Below are positions 39,358 to 48,368 of a stretch of 64,000 bases of DNA, piece after piece; the stretch's first letter is position 1, and every line of letters begins with the position of its first letter. The notes under the pieces are model-generated. The model searched no databases. It saw only the letters and a program-made list of their open reading frames with translations, and was not told the origin of the DNA. Origin of the DNA: Patescibacteria group bacterium (GTDB lineage Bacteria > Patescibacteriota > UBA1384 > DATEAH01); the NCBI GenBank assembly GCA_035288465.1, contig DATEAH010000006.1:27770-91769 (forward strand), given 5' to 3'. Position numbers and translations under genes: made by a program.

Positions 39358-40704
39358 TTACATATAAAGCTTTTCTTTAATTAAAATGATTTCTTTATGA
39401 ATATTATGACCGGTCCTGATTTGTTTTTCGATTTTTTCACAACCGTACATAATTGTGGTGTGATCTTTTTTGCCGATTTTTATAGCAATCTGTGGATAAG
39501 AGTATTGTAATTCTTGTCTTAATAAATACATGGCGATTTGTCTAGGGATTACAATTTGTTTATTTCTTCTGGCACCGAGCAAATCTTCAACTTGAACATT
39601 ATAAAAACCTGCCACTGTATCCACAATCTTATCAAAAGATAAACTTTTATTTTTTGAAGAAATTGAATTGCCCAAAGCGGCCATGGCCACATCAACCGAG
39701 GGTTTGAGATTGTAAAATTGAACATGGGCAATTAATTTATTAAGCGCGCCTTCAAGTTCTCGGATATTTTGTTGGACATTGCGGGCAATAAAATCTGCGA
39801 CGTCTTCGGTAATTTCGAATTCCTTTTCCTGAGCCTTATTTTGTAAAATTGCTCTTCTCATTTCAAAATCTGGCGCTTGAATGTCGCAGGTCAAACCCCA
39901 TTCAAATCTAGACTTTAACCTATTTCCGAGAGTGGGAATTTCTTTGGGCGGCCGGTCAGAAGTGAGGATAATTTGTTTTTTGGCTTGGTGTAAAGCGTTA
40001 AAAGTATGGAAAAATTCTTCTTGGGTACCTTCTTTGCCAGCAATAAACTGAATATCATCAACTAACAAGGCATCGATTAAACGATATTTATTTTTAAATT
40101 GCTCGGCTTTGCCCCGGCCTTCTCGGACAGCCAAAATAAAATCATTGGTAAATTTTTCACAAGGTACATATAAAATTTTATAATCTGGATATCTTTTGGT
40201 AATTTCATTTTTAACAGCTTGAATTAAATGGGTTTTACCCAAACCAGAACCTCCCCAAATAAATAAAGGATTGTAGGTCAAGCCTGGTTTTTCTGCCACA
40301 GACAACGAGGCAGCATGAGCTAATTTATTACTATTGCCAACCACAAAGTTTCCAAAGGTATGATAATCAGCGCTCATTTTAGTTTCTTTGGCTTGGCTAA
40401 CCGGGCTTGGTTGAATCGCGTCTAATTTGATTTCAGGGATTTGGGTCTCATTCGATCTTTTTGAAGCAACTCTGTAATCTACGGTTTGAATTTGAGGCAT
40501 TAATTTTTTAAGTGCGGATAAAATTTCCAGATTATATTTTTTCTTAAGCCATTCAATGTAGAAATTGCTCGGTACGCCAATTACTGCACGATCATCATCA
40601 ATACTGTAAATAAAAGTATTTTTAAACCAGGTGCTAAAATTGGCCTTGGAAAGGTTTACTTCTAATTCACCGAGAACCGCCCTCCACATTGTATCTGGGT
40701 TCAT
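39358..40704 (-). CDS. dnaA: Chromosomal replication initiator DnaA
   Basis: AAA+ GGSGLGKTHL, a box VII region and the C-terminal DNA-binding domain signature. Confidence 0.95.
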   Translation of the reverse strand: MNPDTMWRAVLGELEVNLSKANFSTWFKNTFIYSIDDDRAVIGVPSNFYIEWLKKKYNLEILSALKKLMPQIQTVDYRVASKRSNETQIPEIKLDAIQPSPVSQAKETKMSADYHTFGNFVVGNSNKLAHAASLSVAEKPGLTYNPLFIWGGSGLGKTHLIQAVKNEITKRYPDYKILYVPCEKFTNDFILAVREGRGKAEQFKNKYRLIDALLVDDIQFIAGKEGTQEEFFHTFNALHQAKKQIILTSDRPPKEIPTLGNRLKSRFEWGLTCDIQAPDFEMRRAILQNKAQEKEFEITEDVADFIARNVQQNIRELEGALNKLIAHVQFYNLKPSVDVAMAALGNSISSKNKSLSFDKIVDTVAGFYNVQVEDLLGARRNKQIVIPRQIAMYLLRQELQYSYPQIAIKIGKKDHTTIMYGCEKIEKQIRTGHNIHKEIILIKEKLYM

Positions 40705-40860
40705 AAGCCTCCAAAAAAGAAATCCACAATTTCCATTTTAATGCTGTTAAATTTAGAGCTTATTGTTTTTGTTTTTGAAATTTATCCACAGGACATTACT
40801 ACTTATACACATCTTAACAAATTTATCCACAGGTGGCAAATTTATAGTCCTAATTATTTA
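40705..40860. promoter_or_regulatory. Second DnaA-box cluster upstream of dnaA (divergent dnaA/rpmH region)
   Basis: TTATCCACA at 40782-40790 and 40823-40831, plus a partial AATCCACAA at 40723-40731. Confidence 0.6.
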
Positions 40861-40898
40861 TTTAATCATTTTTTTGGTGTTTTTTGCAACCTTAAACC

Positions 40899-40927
40899 TT
40901 GACCCTGAATTCAAATCAGAGTATAAT
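40899..40927 (+). promoter_or_regulatory. Sigma70-type promoter for rpmH
   Basis: TTGACC (40899-40904), a 17-nt spacer and TATAAT (40922-40927), 24 nt upstream of the rpmH ATG. Confidence 0.6.
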
Positions 40928-40950
40928 TAAAGAGAAAGGATTGCCAGGCC

Positions 40951-41085
40951 ATGAAAAGAACATATCAGCCGAAAAAACGCAAACGCGCTAAAACCCACGG
41001 TTTCTTAGTTAGAATGAGAACCAGGGCTGGTCAAAATATTTTGAAAAGACGACGCCGCAAACTTCGAAAAAATTTAACCGTTTAA
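40951..41085 (+). CDS. rpmH: 50S ribosomal protein bL34 (44 aa; absent from the ORF track because it is under 60 aa)
   Basis: Translation [44 protein letters not shown] matches the L34 signature. It is followed by rnpA as usual. Confidence 0.85.
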   Translation: MKRTYQPKKRKRAKTHGFLVRMRTRAGQNILKRRRRKLRKNLTV

Positions 41086-41112
41086 AAATGGTAATTTTAA
41101 TTTAACCTAATT

Positions 41113-41457
41113 ATGTTACCCAAAGCAAATCGCCTTCGAAGAAATCGAGATTTTAGAAAAATATATCAAAAAAGTCGGAAATTTCGGGCAGATTTTTTTA
41201 TTATCCGATACTTACCTAATAATTTGCCAGATTCAAGAATCGGAATTGTAATTTCCGCGAAAGCGGTTAAAAAAGCGGTCCGTCGAAATTTACTGAAACG
41301 AAAAATATCTGAAATTATCAGGCTTAATCTTAATAAAATTAAACCTGGTTTAGATATTATTATTTCAGTTTTTCAGATGCCTGAAGATTTATCATCATCA
41401 ACCCTGACCCAGACAGTGATTAAAAATTTGGCATTAGCTAAAATAATTAATGATTAA
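41113..41457 (+). CDS. rnpA: RNase P protein component
   Basis: [24 protein letters not shown] at 114 aa, downstream of rpmH. Confidence 0.85.
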   Translation: MLPKANRLRRNRDFRKIYQKSRKFRADFFIIRYLPNNLPDSRIGIVISAKAVKKAVRRNLLKRKISEIIRLNLNKIKPGLDIIISVFQMPEDLSSSTLTQTVIKNLALAKIIND

Positions 41458-41686
41458 AAAAATTGCTTTACAATTAATAATTTGGTATCAAAAAACCCTT
41501 TCTCTGGATCATGGCCCATTCAATATTTTATACTCCGAAGGTTTTTGTCGTTTTAAGCCTACCTGTTCACAATATACATATTCGACAATCGAAAAATATG
41601 GGGTGATTAGGGGTGGCGCTAAAGGTTTGTGGCGGATAATGCGCTGCAACCCATGGAGCAAGGGTGGTTGGGATCCAGTTAAATAG
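41450..41686 (+). CDS. yidD: Membrane protein insertion efficiency factor YidD
   Basis: [45 protein letters not shown]. Confidence 0.85.
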   Translation: MIKKIALQLIIWYQKTLSLDHGPFNILYSEGFCRFKPTCSQYTYSTIEKYGVIRGGAKGLWRIMRCNPWSKGGWDPVK

Positions 41687-41716
41687 TAATAAAATAAATG
41701 AATCAAAAGGAATAAT

Positions 41717-42460
41717 ATGAGTTCAATTTGGCATGAGGTTTTATATCGTCCCTTGTTCAATGTTTTAATATTAATTTATCATTATTTGCCAGACATTGGG
41801 GTGGCGATTATTATTTTAACGATCATTATTCGTTTGATTTTGTATCCTTCCCAATCCAAGGCTTTGCGTGCAGCTAAGAAAATGCGCGATCTCCAGCCTG
41901 AAATTAATAAGATTCAAGAGAAATACAAGCACGACAAACAAAAGCAATCTAAAGCGATGATGGAATTTTGGCAAACCCACCGTGTTAACCCCCTATCAAG
42001 CTGTTTGGGACAAATCATCCAGATTCCAATTTTGATCGCCCTGTATCAAGTTTTTAGTACTGGTTTGGATATTTCAAGGCTAACAGAATTATATTCATTT
42101 ATTCCCAAACCCACCACCATTGATCCAACCCTTTTTGGTTTAATTAATTTGGCTGAGCCAAATCGTTATATTTTACCAGTAATTGCTGGTATTGCCCAAT
42201 TTTTCCAGATGAAAATTATGATGCCGCCTGCCCTGCCCAGCCCAGCAAGTGCGAAAAAATCAAACCTTCCCAACACTCAGGAAATGATATCCAAACAAAT
42301 GATTTATTTTATGCCAGTGATGATTGTTTTCTTTGCCGCCAGCTTGCCGGCCGCCCTGCCTTTATACTGGATTGTGATTTCGATTATTGCCATTATCCAG
42401 CAAGTTTTAATTAATCGTGAAACCACCCAGAAAAAAGTGACAGTAAGGATTAAAAAATAA
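41717..42460 (+). CDS. yidC: Membrane protein insertase YidC (short form)
   Basis: A 247 aa protein with about 5 TM helices, conserved context and a C-terminal basic tail. Confidence 0.75.
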   Translation: MSSIWHEVLYRPLFNVLILIYHYLPDIGVAIIILTIIIRLILYPSQSKALRAAKKMRDLQPEINKIQEKYKHDKQKQSKAMMEFWQTHRVNPLSSCLGQIIQIPILIALYQVFSTGLDISRLTELYSFIPKPTTIDPTLFGLINLAEPNRYILPVIAGIAQFFQMKIMMPPALPSPASAKKSNLPNTQEMISKQMIYFMPVMIVFFAASLPAALPLYWIVISIIAIIQQVLINRETTQKKVTVRIKK

Positions 42461-42928
42461 ATGACTAATAAAGATGATAAATTAGGACAAATTAAACAAA
42501 TTACCTTAGATCTATTTGGTGGCTTGGGTTGGCAGGTTGAACCTGAGATTGAAATTACAGATAAAATAATTTTTGTTAAAATAGAAGCTGATCAACCCTC
42601 GTTATTAATTGGAAAAGAGGGAGAAACCTTAGCTTCTTTACAGCACATTTTGCGGTTAATGGTAAATCGCCAATTAGATGAATTTGTCCATTTAGTACTC
42701 GACATTTCAAATTATAAAAGCCGACAGCAGCTAATATTGGAGCAAGTTGGTGTCGAAAAAGCCAATTTTGTTAAAAAAACCGGCAAAAAAATTGTGTTAT
42801 CACCAATGAATAGCTACGAACGTCGAATTGTTCATTTAGCGATTAAAAAAATTGACGGAATCTCCTCGGAAAGCATCAATGAAGAGGGTGGACGCCGGAT
42901 TGTGATTAAACCGGTTGTTAAAGACTAA
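42461..42928 (+). CDS. Jag/KhpB-like RNA-binding protein (KH + R3H)
   Basis: C-terminal R3H motif NSYERRIVHLAIKK and position after yidC. Confidence 0.7.
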   Translation: MTNKDDKLGQIKQITLDLFGGLGWQVEPEIEITDKIIFVKIEADQPSLLIGKEGETLASLQHILRLMVNRQLDEFVHLVLDISNYKSRQQLILEQVGVEKANFVKKTGKKIVLSPMNSYERRIVHLAIKKIDGISSESINEEGGRRIVIKPVVKD

Positions 42929-42951
42929 TTTACGCTTGTTAATTTGTCGAT

Positions 42952-43041
42952 GGAAGGGTGTCTGAGTGGTTTAAAGAGCTGGTCTCGAAAACCAGTGGGC
43001 TCGTAAGGGTCTCGTGGGTTCGAATCCCACCCCTTCCGCCA
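42952..43041 (+). tRNA. tRNA-Ser (anticodon CGA), CCA encoded
   Basis: Acceptor GGAAGGG/CCCTTCC, anticodon stem CTGGT/ACCAG with loop CTCGAAA, a long variable arm, T-arm TGGGTTCGAATCCCA, discriminator G and CCA. Confidence 0.85.
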
Positions 43042-43181
43042 CAGCGAAGTCTCCAACCATTATTGGGGTTTTCGCTGTGGCGAGGGAGTGTTGAGAACCC
43101 GCAGGCGAAAAATTAATATTAAAAATGAAGTGATATTTGGATAATGACCTTAAAAGCTAAAAACCGAAATTGCATTGAGAC

Positions 43182-43213
43182 GGGCTTTAGCCCTTCGAAT
43201 CCCACCCCTTCCG
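43182..43213 (+). repeat. Partial direct repeat of the tRNA-Ser 3' end (T-arm plus acceptor), att-like
   Basis: gggctttagcccttcgaatcccaccccttccg matches tRNA positions 43008-43038, with 18 nt identical in cgaatcccaccccttccg. It lies about 150 bp downstream of the intact tRNA. Confidence 0.5.
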
Positions 43214-43351
43214 TTTTGTGCGGGACAAATCCTCTCTCCACCGCCAATTGGTGATATAATAAAAATAGTAAACAATTAATATTTATGCGTGTAATTTATT
43301 TATTGTTGGTCGTTATCTGCTAACCGTTAATTGATAAGCCCGCCTAAGTTT

Positions 43352-43450
43352 AGTGTTCGCCTTTTGGGAACTATTCGTTCACGGCTTACGCCGCACTTTA
43401 GCGACGGGCTGCACAACCTATTTGATAATAAATAATAGAGTGCAGGAGGG
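43352..43450 (+). promoter_or_regulatory. Conserved leader element, copy C (shorter and degenerate at the 5' side), upstream of pilB
   Basis: gggctgcacaacctattt, an AT-rich spacer, then agagtgcaggagggg immediately before the GTG start. The upstream gttcacgg...gccgcac block resembles the gttcatgcacg blocks of copies A and B. Confidence 0.4.
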
Positions 43451-45172
43451 GTGTTGGACTCAAAAAATCAAAACAATCAGTTGCCATATGATTCGGCTTC
43501 ATCGTCCCCAAAACCTGCACCCAAGGCTGGGCTTGAGCGGGTTTTTTCTGAATATATTAAAGATCAACAAGAAACCGCCACCGAAAATCGAGCTAAGAGT
43601 TTCGGCCTTTCCTATATTAACCTAATTGGTTATCCGATAAGCAATCAAACTATGCAATTAATTCCCGAAGAAATTGCCCAAAAATATCGAGTCGTCGCCT
43701 TTATGAAAGCTGAGGGGCAATTACGAGTCGCTTGCCAAGATCCAGAAAACGAACAGATGAAAATTGAATTAGCCCAAGTTGCGAAAAATTTAGACTTACA
43801 AATAATTTATACCTTGACTTCAAAAAATAGCCTAGATTATGCTTTAAAAAATTACCAATTTATTCCCAAACTCACGACGAGTGAAATTAAAGTTTCGCAG
43901 GCAGAGGAAAAAGATTTTGCCAAAGAGATTAAAAACCTTTCTGATTTGAAGGAAAAAATTAGCCAGGTGCCGATAACTAAGATTTTTGAAATTATATTAA
44001 CTGGAGCGATTAAATCTAAAGCTTCTGATGTTCATGTTGAGCCTGGGCAAAATGGCATGAAAATGCGTTACCGAATTGATGGAGTTTTGCAGGACGTGGT
44101 GAGTTTGCCTACCGAAGTTTATCGGGCTTTGTTATCTCGAGTAAAATATTTAGCCAAAATGAAGCTGGACATTAATAATAAACCGCAAAATGGCCGTTTT
44201 TCAATTACAGCCCTAGACGTGCCCATTGATTTAAGGGTTTCAACCTTGCCCACGATTTATGGCGAAAATGTGGTGATGAGACTTTTGGAGCACGGGAAAG
44301 GATTTTTGAGTTTGGAACAGCTTGATTTTTCCCCTGAAATTAAAAAGATGGTGGCTGAGGCGATTAAAAAACCATCAGGGATGATATTGAACACTGGGCC
44401 AACCGGTTCTGGCAAAACCACGACGCTTTATGCAATTTTAGAGACCTTGAATAAGCCCGGAGTAAAAATAATTACTTTGGAAGATCCGGTTGAATATCGT
44501 TTGCCGGGAATTAATCAGACTCAAGTGAATGTGGAGTTGGGCTTGGATTTTGCCAGCGGTTTGAAATCAGCTTTAAGGCAAGATCCAGACGTGCTGATGG
44601 TGGGTGAAATTCGCGATTTAGAAACCGCCGAAATCGCTTTGCAAGCGGCAATGACTGGACATTTGGTGCTATCAACCTTGCATACCAATAACGCGCCAAC
44701 CGCGATGCCTCGCTTGATTGATTTGGGCATTAAACCCTTTTTATTGCCCGGATCTGTGGATTTGGTAATGGCGCAGCGCTTGGTGAGAAAAATTTGTAAA
44801 AAATGCAAAGAAGAATATAAACCCACAGCTGAAGTAATGGAAAAGATTAAAAAAGCGCTCACAAGGATTAATCCGTCTCCTGTTAAGGCTGGAGCCGAGA
44901 CAGGTACAAAAATCCCCTCCAAACTTTTCAGGGGGAGGGGATGTCCTGTTTGCAATCAGACTGGTTATATGGGTAGAACGCCGATTGCCGAAGGCTTAAA
45001 ACCTAATGCAAAAATTGAAAAATTAGTGATTAATCGGGCGACCATATCAGAACTATATCGAACCGCAGTTGAATTAGGAATGGTTACTATGGAACAAGAC
45101 GGATTGCGAAAAGCTTTGGCGGGCGTAACTACAATTGAAGAAGTCTGGCGAGTTACCGCGAGTGAGACATAA
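43451..45172 (+). CDS. pilB: Type IV pilus assembly ATPase PilB (GspE family)
   Basis: Walker A GPTGSGKTTTLYA, GEIRDLETAEIALQAAMTGHLVLSTLHTNNA, and a tetracysteine motif CKKCKEE...CPVCNQTG. Confidence 0.9.
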   Translation: MLDSKNQNNQLPYDSASSSPKPAPKAGLERVFSEYIKDQQETATENRAKSFGLSYINLIGYPISNQTMQLIPEEIAQKYRVVAFMKAEGQLRVACQDPENEQMKIELAQVAKNLDLQIIYTLTSKNSLDYALKNYQFIPKLTTSEIKVSQAEEKDFAKEIKNLSDLKEKISQVPITKIFEIILTGAIKSKASDVHVEPGQNGMKMRYRIDGVLQDVVSLPTEVYRALLSRVKYLAKMKLDINNKPQNGRFSITALDVPIDLRVSTLPTIYGENVVMRLLEHGKGFLSLEQLDFSPEIKKMVAEAIKKPSGMILNTGPTGSGKTTTLYAILETLNKPGVKIITLEDPVEYRLPGINQTQVNVELGLDFASGLKSALRQDPDVLMVGEIRDLETAEIALQAAMTGHLVLSTLHTNNAPTAMPRLIDLGIKPFLLPGSVDLVMAQRLVRKICKKCKEEYKPTAEVMEKIKKALTRINPSPVKAGAETGTKIPSKLFRGRGCPVCNQTGYMGRTPIAEGLKPNAKIEKLVINRATISELYRTAVELGMVTMEQDGLRKALAGVTTIEEVWRVTASET

Positions 45173-45176
45173 TCAA

Positions 45177-45563
45177 TTAAGTCAAAAACCTTGAAAAAAC
45201 AAAGGTGATAATTAAATAAGATGCAAAAATTACCACCAAACCGATAATCGCATTTAGTATGCCAGTGCGAGCTTCGGTAGCCGTCTCAGCATTGCCCCCA
45301 GCCGTGATGTACTTGTAACCAGCTAAAATCAAATAGATTAATGCAACTACACCAGCCGCTATCAGAAGGAGACGAATAGCATTACTAACTATACTTTGAA
45401 GGCTTCCTCTGAAAAATTCTCCCCGTGGAACCCAATTTTTCCATGCTTCAGAGGCACCGGAAGTAGGAACTGGAACAATGTCGGCTGAGGCGCTTGCCGG
45501 AGTCAACAACAGCAAAGAGGTGGCGAAAAGATACTGAATGATTTTTGAAAAAAACTTTTTCAT
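45177..45563 (-). CDS. VirB2/TrbC-type (T4SS) pilin-like small membrane protein, paralog a
   Basis: A signal peptide, then two hydrophobic helices flanking the conserved loop AGYKYITAGGNAETATEARTGILNAIIGLVV. Confidence 0.45.
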   Translation of the reverse strand: MKKFFSKIIQYLFATSLLLLTPASASADIVPVPTSGASEAWKNWVPRGEFFRGSLQSIVSNAIRLLLIAAGVVALIYLILAGYKYITAGGNAETATEARTGILNAIIGLVVIFASYLIITFVFSRFLT

Positions 45564-45649
45564 TTTCCTCTCCTTAATTTAAATAATCAGTTATTAATTA
45601 TATTGTAAGATGATTATTTTTTTTGTCAATTTTTAGTCTTAATTAAAAT

Positions 45650-46006
45650 TTACGGCGCCTGTGGCGGTAAACCACCAATAATCGAACCCCAAGCAAAATT
45701 AATAATTGCCAGCGCTGCAAAACAAATCACCAAACCAATTACTGCCCATAAAATGGTGCTTTTCGCCTGAGCGATTGCATCTGGATTGCCGGCAGAAATG
45801 ATATATTTATATCCGCCGATAATAATATAAATAATCGCAATTGCACCAGCGAGGGTTAAAGCAACATTAATGACATTGCCAATCAAATAAACCACATCCC
45901 ATAAATCATATTCAGTACCACTACCGCCAGCATGGGGAGCTTGAAGAATTGGAAACATGGCAATTTTTGTAGATTGAATTGTCGCAAAAGTTATTAAACT
46001 ATTCAT
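45650..46006 (-). CDS. T4SS pilin-like protein, paralog b
   Basis: The same GGYKYIISAGNPDAIAQAKSTILWAVIGLVI motif architecture. Confidence 0.45.
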   Translation of the reverse strand: MNSLITFATIQSTKIAMFPILQAPHAGGSGTEYDLWDVVYLIGNVINVALTLAGAIAIIYIIIGGYKYIISAGNPDAIAQAKSTILWAVIGLVICFAALAIINFAWGSIIGGLPPQAP

Positions 46007-46008
46007 AA

Positions 46009-46602
46009 TTATTTCAAAATAAAATTAACAATTAAATATGACGAAAAAGCAATAATTATTCCGATGACCGCGCCTAAAATGGCATTTTTACCTTTATTGG
46101 CAATTTCGGGATTTCCAGCCGAAGTGATGTATAAATAACCACCATAAATTAAGACCACGGTTGCGACTACGCCAATTAAAACCAAGAGAATTGTAATAAT
46201 ATTCTGTACCACATCCTCCCATCTTCCTGGAGCATAATTGGGAATATTAATTGGCTCTAAGGGCTCTGAGTCTGATTGGGCTTGGGGAACCGTACCTCCA
46301 ACGTTTGGATTTTGTTTGAGCCAATCGTTGAAAACATCTTCAAAATACCAACCAGTTGGCAATTCAGCAGTGCCGCTTGAGCGGTAAAAAACTTTTTTAC
46401 CATCGTACATTCCATATGGAATGGTAGTTTTGTCTGGCTGAGGTTGTTTCCATTGATCGGTTACTTTGGGGTCATTGGCATCGGTTGAAACCGGCACAGG
46501 TTTTATTGCTATATCAGCTAAGGCTGGTGTCGAAATTACAAAAAAGATTCCTAAAATCAAAACCGCCCAAATTGTAAAAATATATTTTTTAAATACCATC
46601 AT
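46009..46602 (-). CDS. T4SS pilin-like protein, paralog c, with an extra roughly 110 aa N-terminal extracytoplasmic region
   Basis: GGYLYITSAGNPEIANKGKNAILGAVIGIIIAF. It has an N-terminal TM. Confidence 0.45.
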   Translation of the reverse strand: MMVFKKYIFTIWAVLILGIFFVISTPALADIAIKPVPVSTDANDPKVTDQWKQPQPDKTTIPYGMYDGKKVFYRSSGTAELPTGWYFEDVFNDWLKQNPNVGGTVPQAQSDSEPLEPINIPNYAPGRWEDVVQNIITILLVLIGVVATVVLIYGGYLYITSAGNPEIANKGKNAILGAVIGIIIAFSSYLIVNFILK

Positions 46603-46609
46603 ATTTTCC

Positions 46610-46915
46610 TTATTGTACCAAGTTCCCGCTTATTGAGGAAAGAATTAAATAACCTAAGCCCAAAACCAACAAACTGATAATTGTCCCGAAAATAATATCT
46701 TTGGCTTCGGTTAAGGCGTCTGGATTACCCTGACTACTCATATATTTATAGCCAGCATAAATTAACATTAAAATTGCCAGTCCGACCGCTAAATAACTCA
46801 CAAATTCATAAATACAGCCAATATATACACTTAAAACCACATCCATGCCTTGTTCGCAAAGACCACCTCGGGTTGGAATGGTGACGCCAATTACAGCTGG
46901 CAAAAAAGTATACAT
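46610..46915 (-). CDS. T4SS pilin-like protein, paralog d
   Basis: AGYKYMSSQGNPDALTEAKDIIFGTIISLLV. Confidence 0.45.
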   Translation of the reverse strand: MYTFLPAVIGVTIPTRGGLCEQGMDVVLSVYIGCIYEFVSYLAVGLAILMLIYAGYKYMSSQGNPDALTEAKDIIFGTIISLLVLGLGYLILSSISGNLVQ

Positions 46916-46939
46916 AATTTTCCTTTGTTGAAAAATTTA

Positions 46940-48346
46940 TTATGGAGCGTCAGTTTCTTTATTGGCCCACAGGGTTTTGATATTTTCCACGGCCGCATCA
47001 ATGGCTTTTTGTGCAGGTTGTGATTTAGCAGTAACCGCGGTAATCATACTATTAAAAATTTGATCAATTTTATTTGGCGCCTGCCCCTTGTACCAGCTCT
47101 GGGCAGTAGAAATTTGGTTTTTAAACACTGAAATATCAACATCGCCAAGATACTCTGAAACCAAATCAAGCCTCGAGGTTGGCCGGCCAGTAATTTCTAG
47201 ATATTTATATTGAATCATATTATCTTTGTCGGTAGCAAATTTTAGAAAATCCCAAGCCACAACCGAATTTTGAGAATTTTTTGAAACCACATTTGGCCAA
47301 TAACTGGCATAATTTATTCTATTATCCGATCCTTTGACTTGTGGGATTGGTGCAAAATCATATTCTAAATCTGGGGCAGAATTTTTGATTTGTTTAATTT
47401 GATAGGAATAATTGATCATCATCGCGGTTTTATTAGCGATAAAAGCTTCAGTGGAAGTAGCTTGGGAAGCATTCCAAGAATATGTTTCTTTAGCGGGTTT
47501 GGCAAAACTGGTGTAAAAATCTAAAGCCGAGGTGCCAGGATAATAGATTTGGTCATTGCTTTTTTCAATTGATAAATTAAGGGTTGGGGTGTTTTTATCT
47601 TCAGAAACCATTTTGGTACCATTTTGGAGCATTAATAACGATAAAATATCTTGTGAAGCCTCAACATTATTTGAGGTACCTAAGGCAATGCCGGACTGGG
47701 CAATATTGGTACCATTTTTTGCGGTTAGTTTTTTAATTTGACCAATTAAATCTGTCCAATTTTCAGCCACCTTATCAATTCTTAATTTGTCGATTTGGTC
47801 TGAGGAAAGGTCTGCTTGTCGGCCCACAGAATAATTATAATTACCAATTAGGGTTTTATTGTAATATAAACCCAGAGTGTCGACATAAAAAGGAATCCCC
47901 CAAATTCGATTATCAGCAATTAAGTCTTGAGCTGCAACTGGCGCAAAGATTTTTTTGTAATCATCTGTAGACATATAATCTTCGGGCATGGGACTAAGTT
48001 TGTCTTCGTGTTTGGTCAGCCAATCATTTTTAATTTGGAATAAATCTGGACCTGAGCCGTTGGCAATAGCATTAATTAATTCGGTTTCATACCCTGAGGG
48101 ATTTTTTTTGACTAAATTAATAGTGGCATTGTCATGAGCTTGTTTATATGCCTGAACAGTTGGCGTGAGAGCAGCTTCGTCGTCGTATAAATACCACCAG
48201 GTTAGCGTGACTGGGCCTGAAGGGTAGGCGGTTTTTGAGGTGTTGGTAGGTTGGTCTGAGCCCTTTTTAAAAACAACCGCGACCACAATTAAAATCACGA
48301 TTAATAAAAAAATAATTATGCCGCCGATAATGAGTCCTTTTTTCAA
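46940..48346 (-). CDS. ABC transporter extracellular solute-binding protein (family 1, sugar-type), membrane-anchored
   Basis: TTG start, an N-terminal TM and a roughly 440 aa SBP-like domain. It is preceded on the minus strand by aaattatggagtgcaggaggggat (minimal copy D of the conserved leader 3' box, 48347-48368). Confidence 0.6.
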   Translation of the reverse strand: MKKGLIIGGIIIFLLIVILIVVAVVFKKGSDQPTNTSKTAYPSGPVTLTWWYLYDDEAALTPTVQAYKQAHDNATINLVKKNPSGYETELINAIANGSGPDLFQIKNDWLTKHEDKLSPMPEDYMSTDDYKKIFAPVAAQDLIADNRIWGIPFYVDTLGLYYNKTLIGNYNYSVGRQADLSSDQIDKLRIDKVAENWTDLIGQIKKLTAKNGTNIAQSGIALGTSNNVEASQDILSLLMLQNGTKMVSEDKNTPTLNLSIEKSNDQIYYPGTSALDFYTSFAKPAKETYSWNASQATSTEAFIANKTAMMINYSYQIKQIKNSAPDLEYDFAPIPQVKGSDNRINYASYWPNVVSKNSQNSVVAWDFLKFATDKDNMIQYKYLEITGRPTSRLDLVSEYLGDVDISVFKNQISTAQSWYKGQAPNKIDQIFNSMITAVTAKSQPAQKAIDAAVENIKTLWANKETDAP

Positions 48347-48368
48347 ATCCCCTCCTGCACTCCATAAT

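Noticed and set aside
45177-46915. Type IV pilin (PilA-like) identity for the four small proteins beside pilB
   Set aside because: The N-termini are Sec-type signal peptides or plain TM segments, not class III prepilin leaders (G/FTLIE). The conserved GNPE loop between two helices instead fits the T4SS-type pilin architecture.
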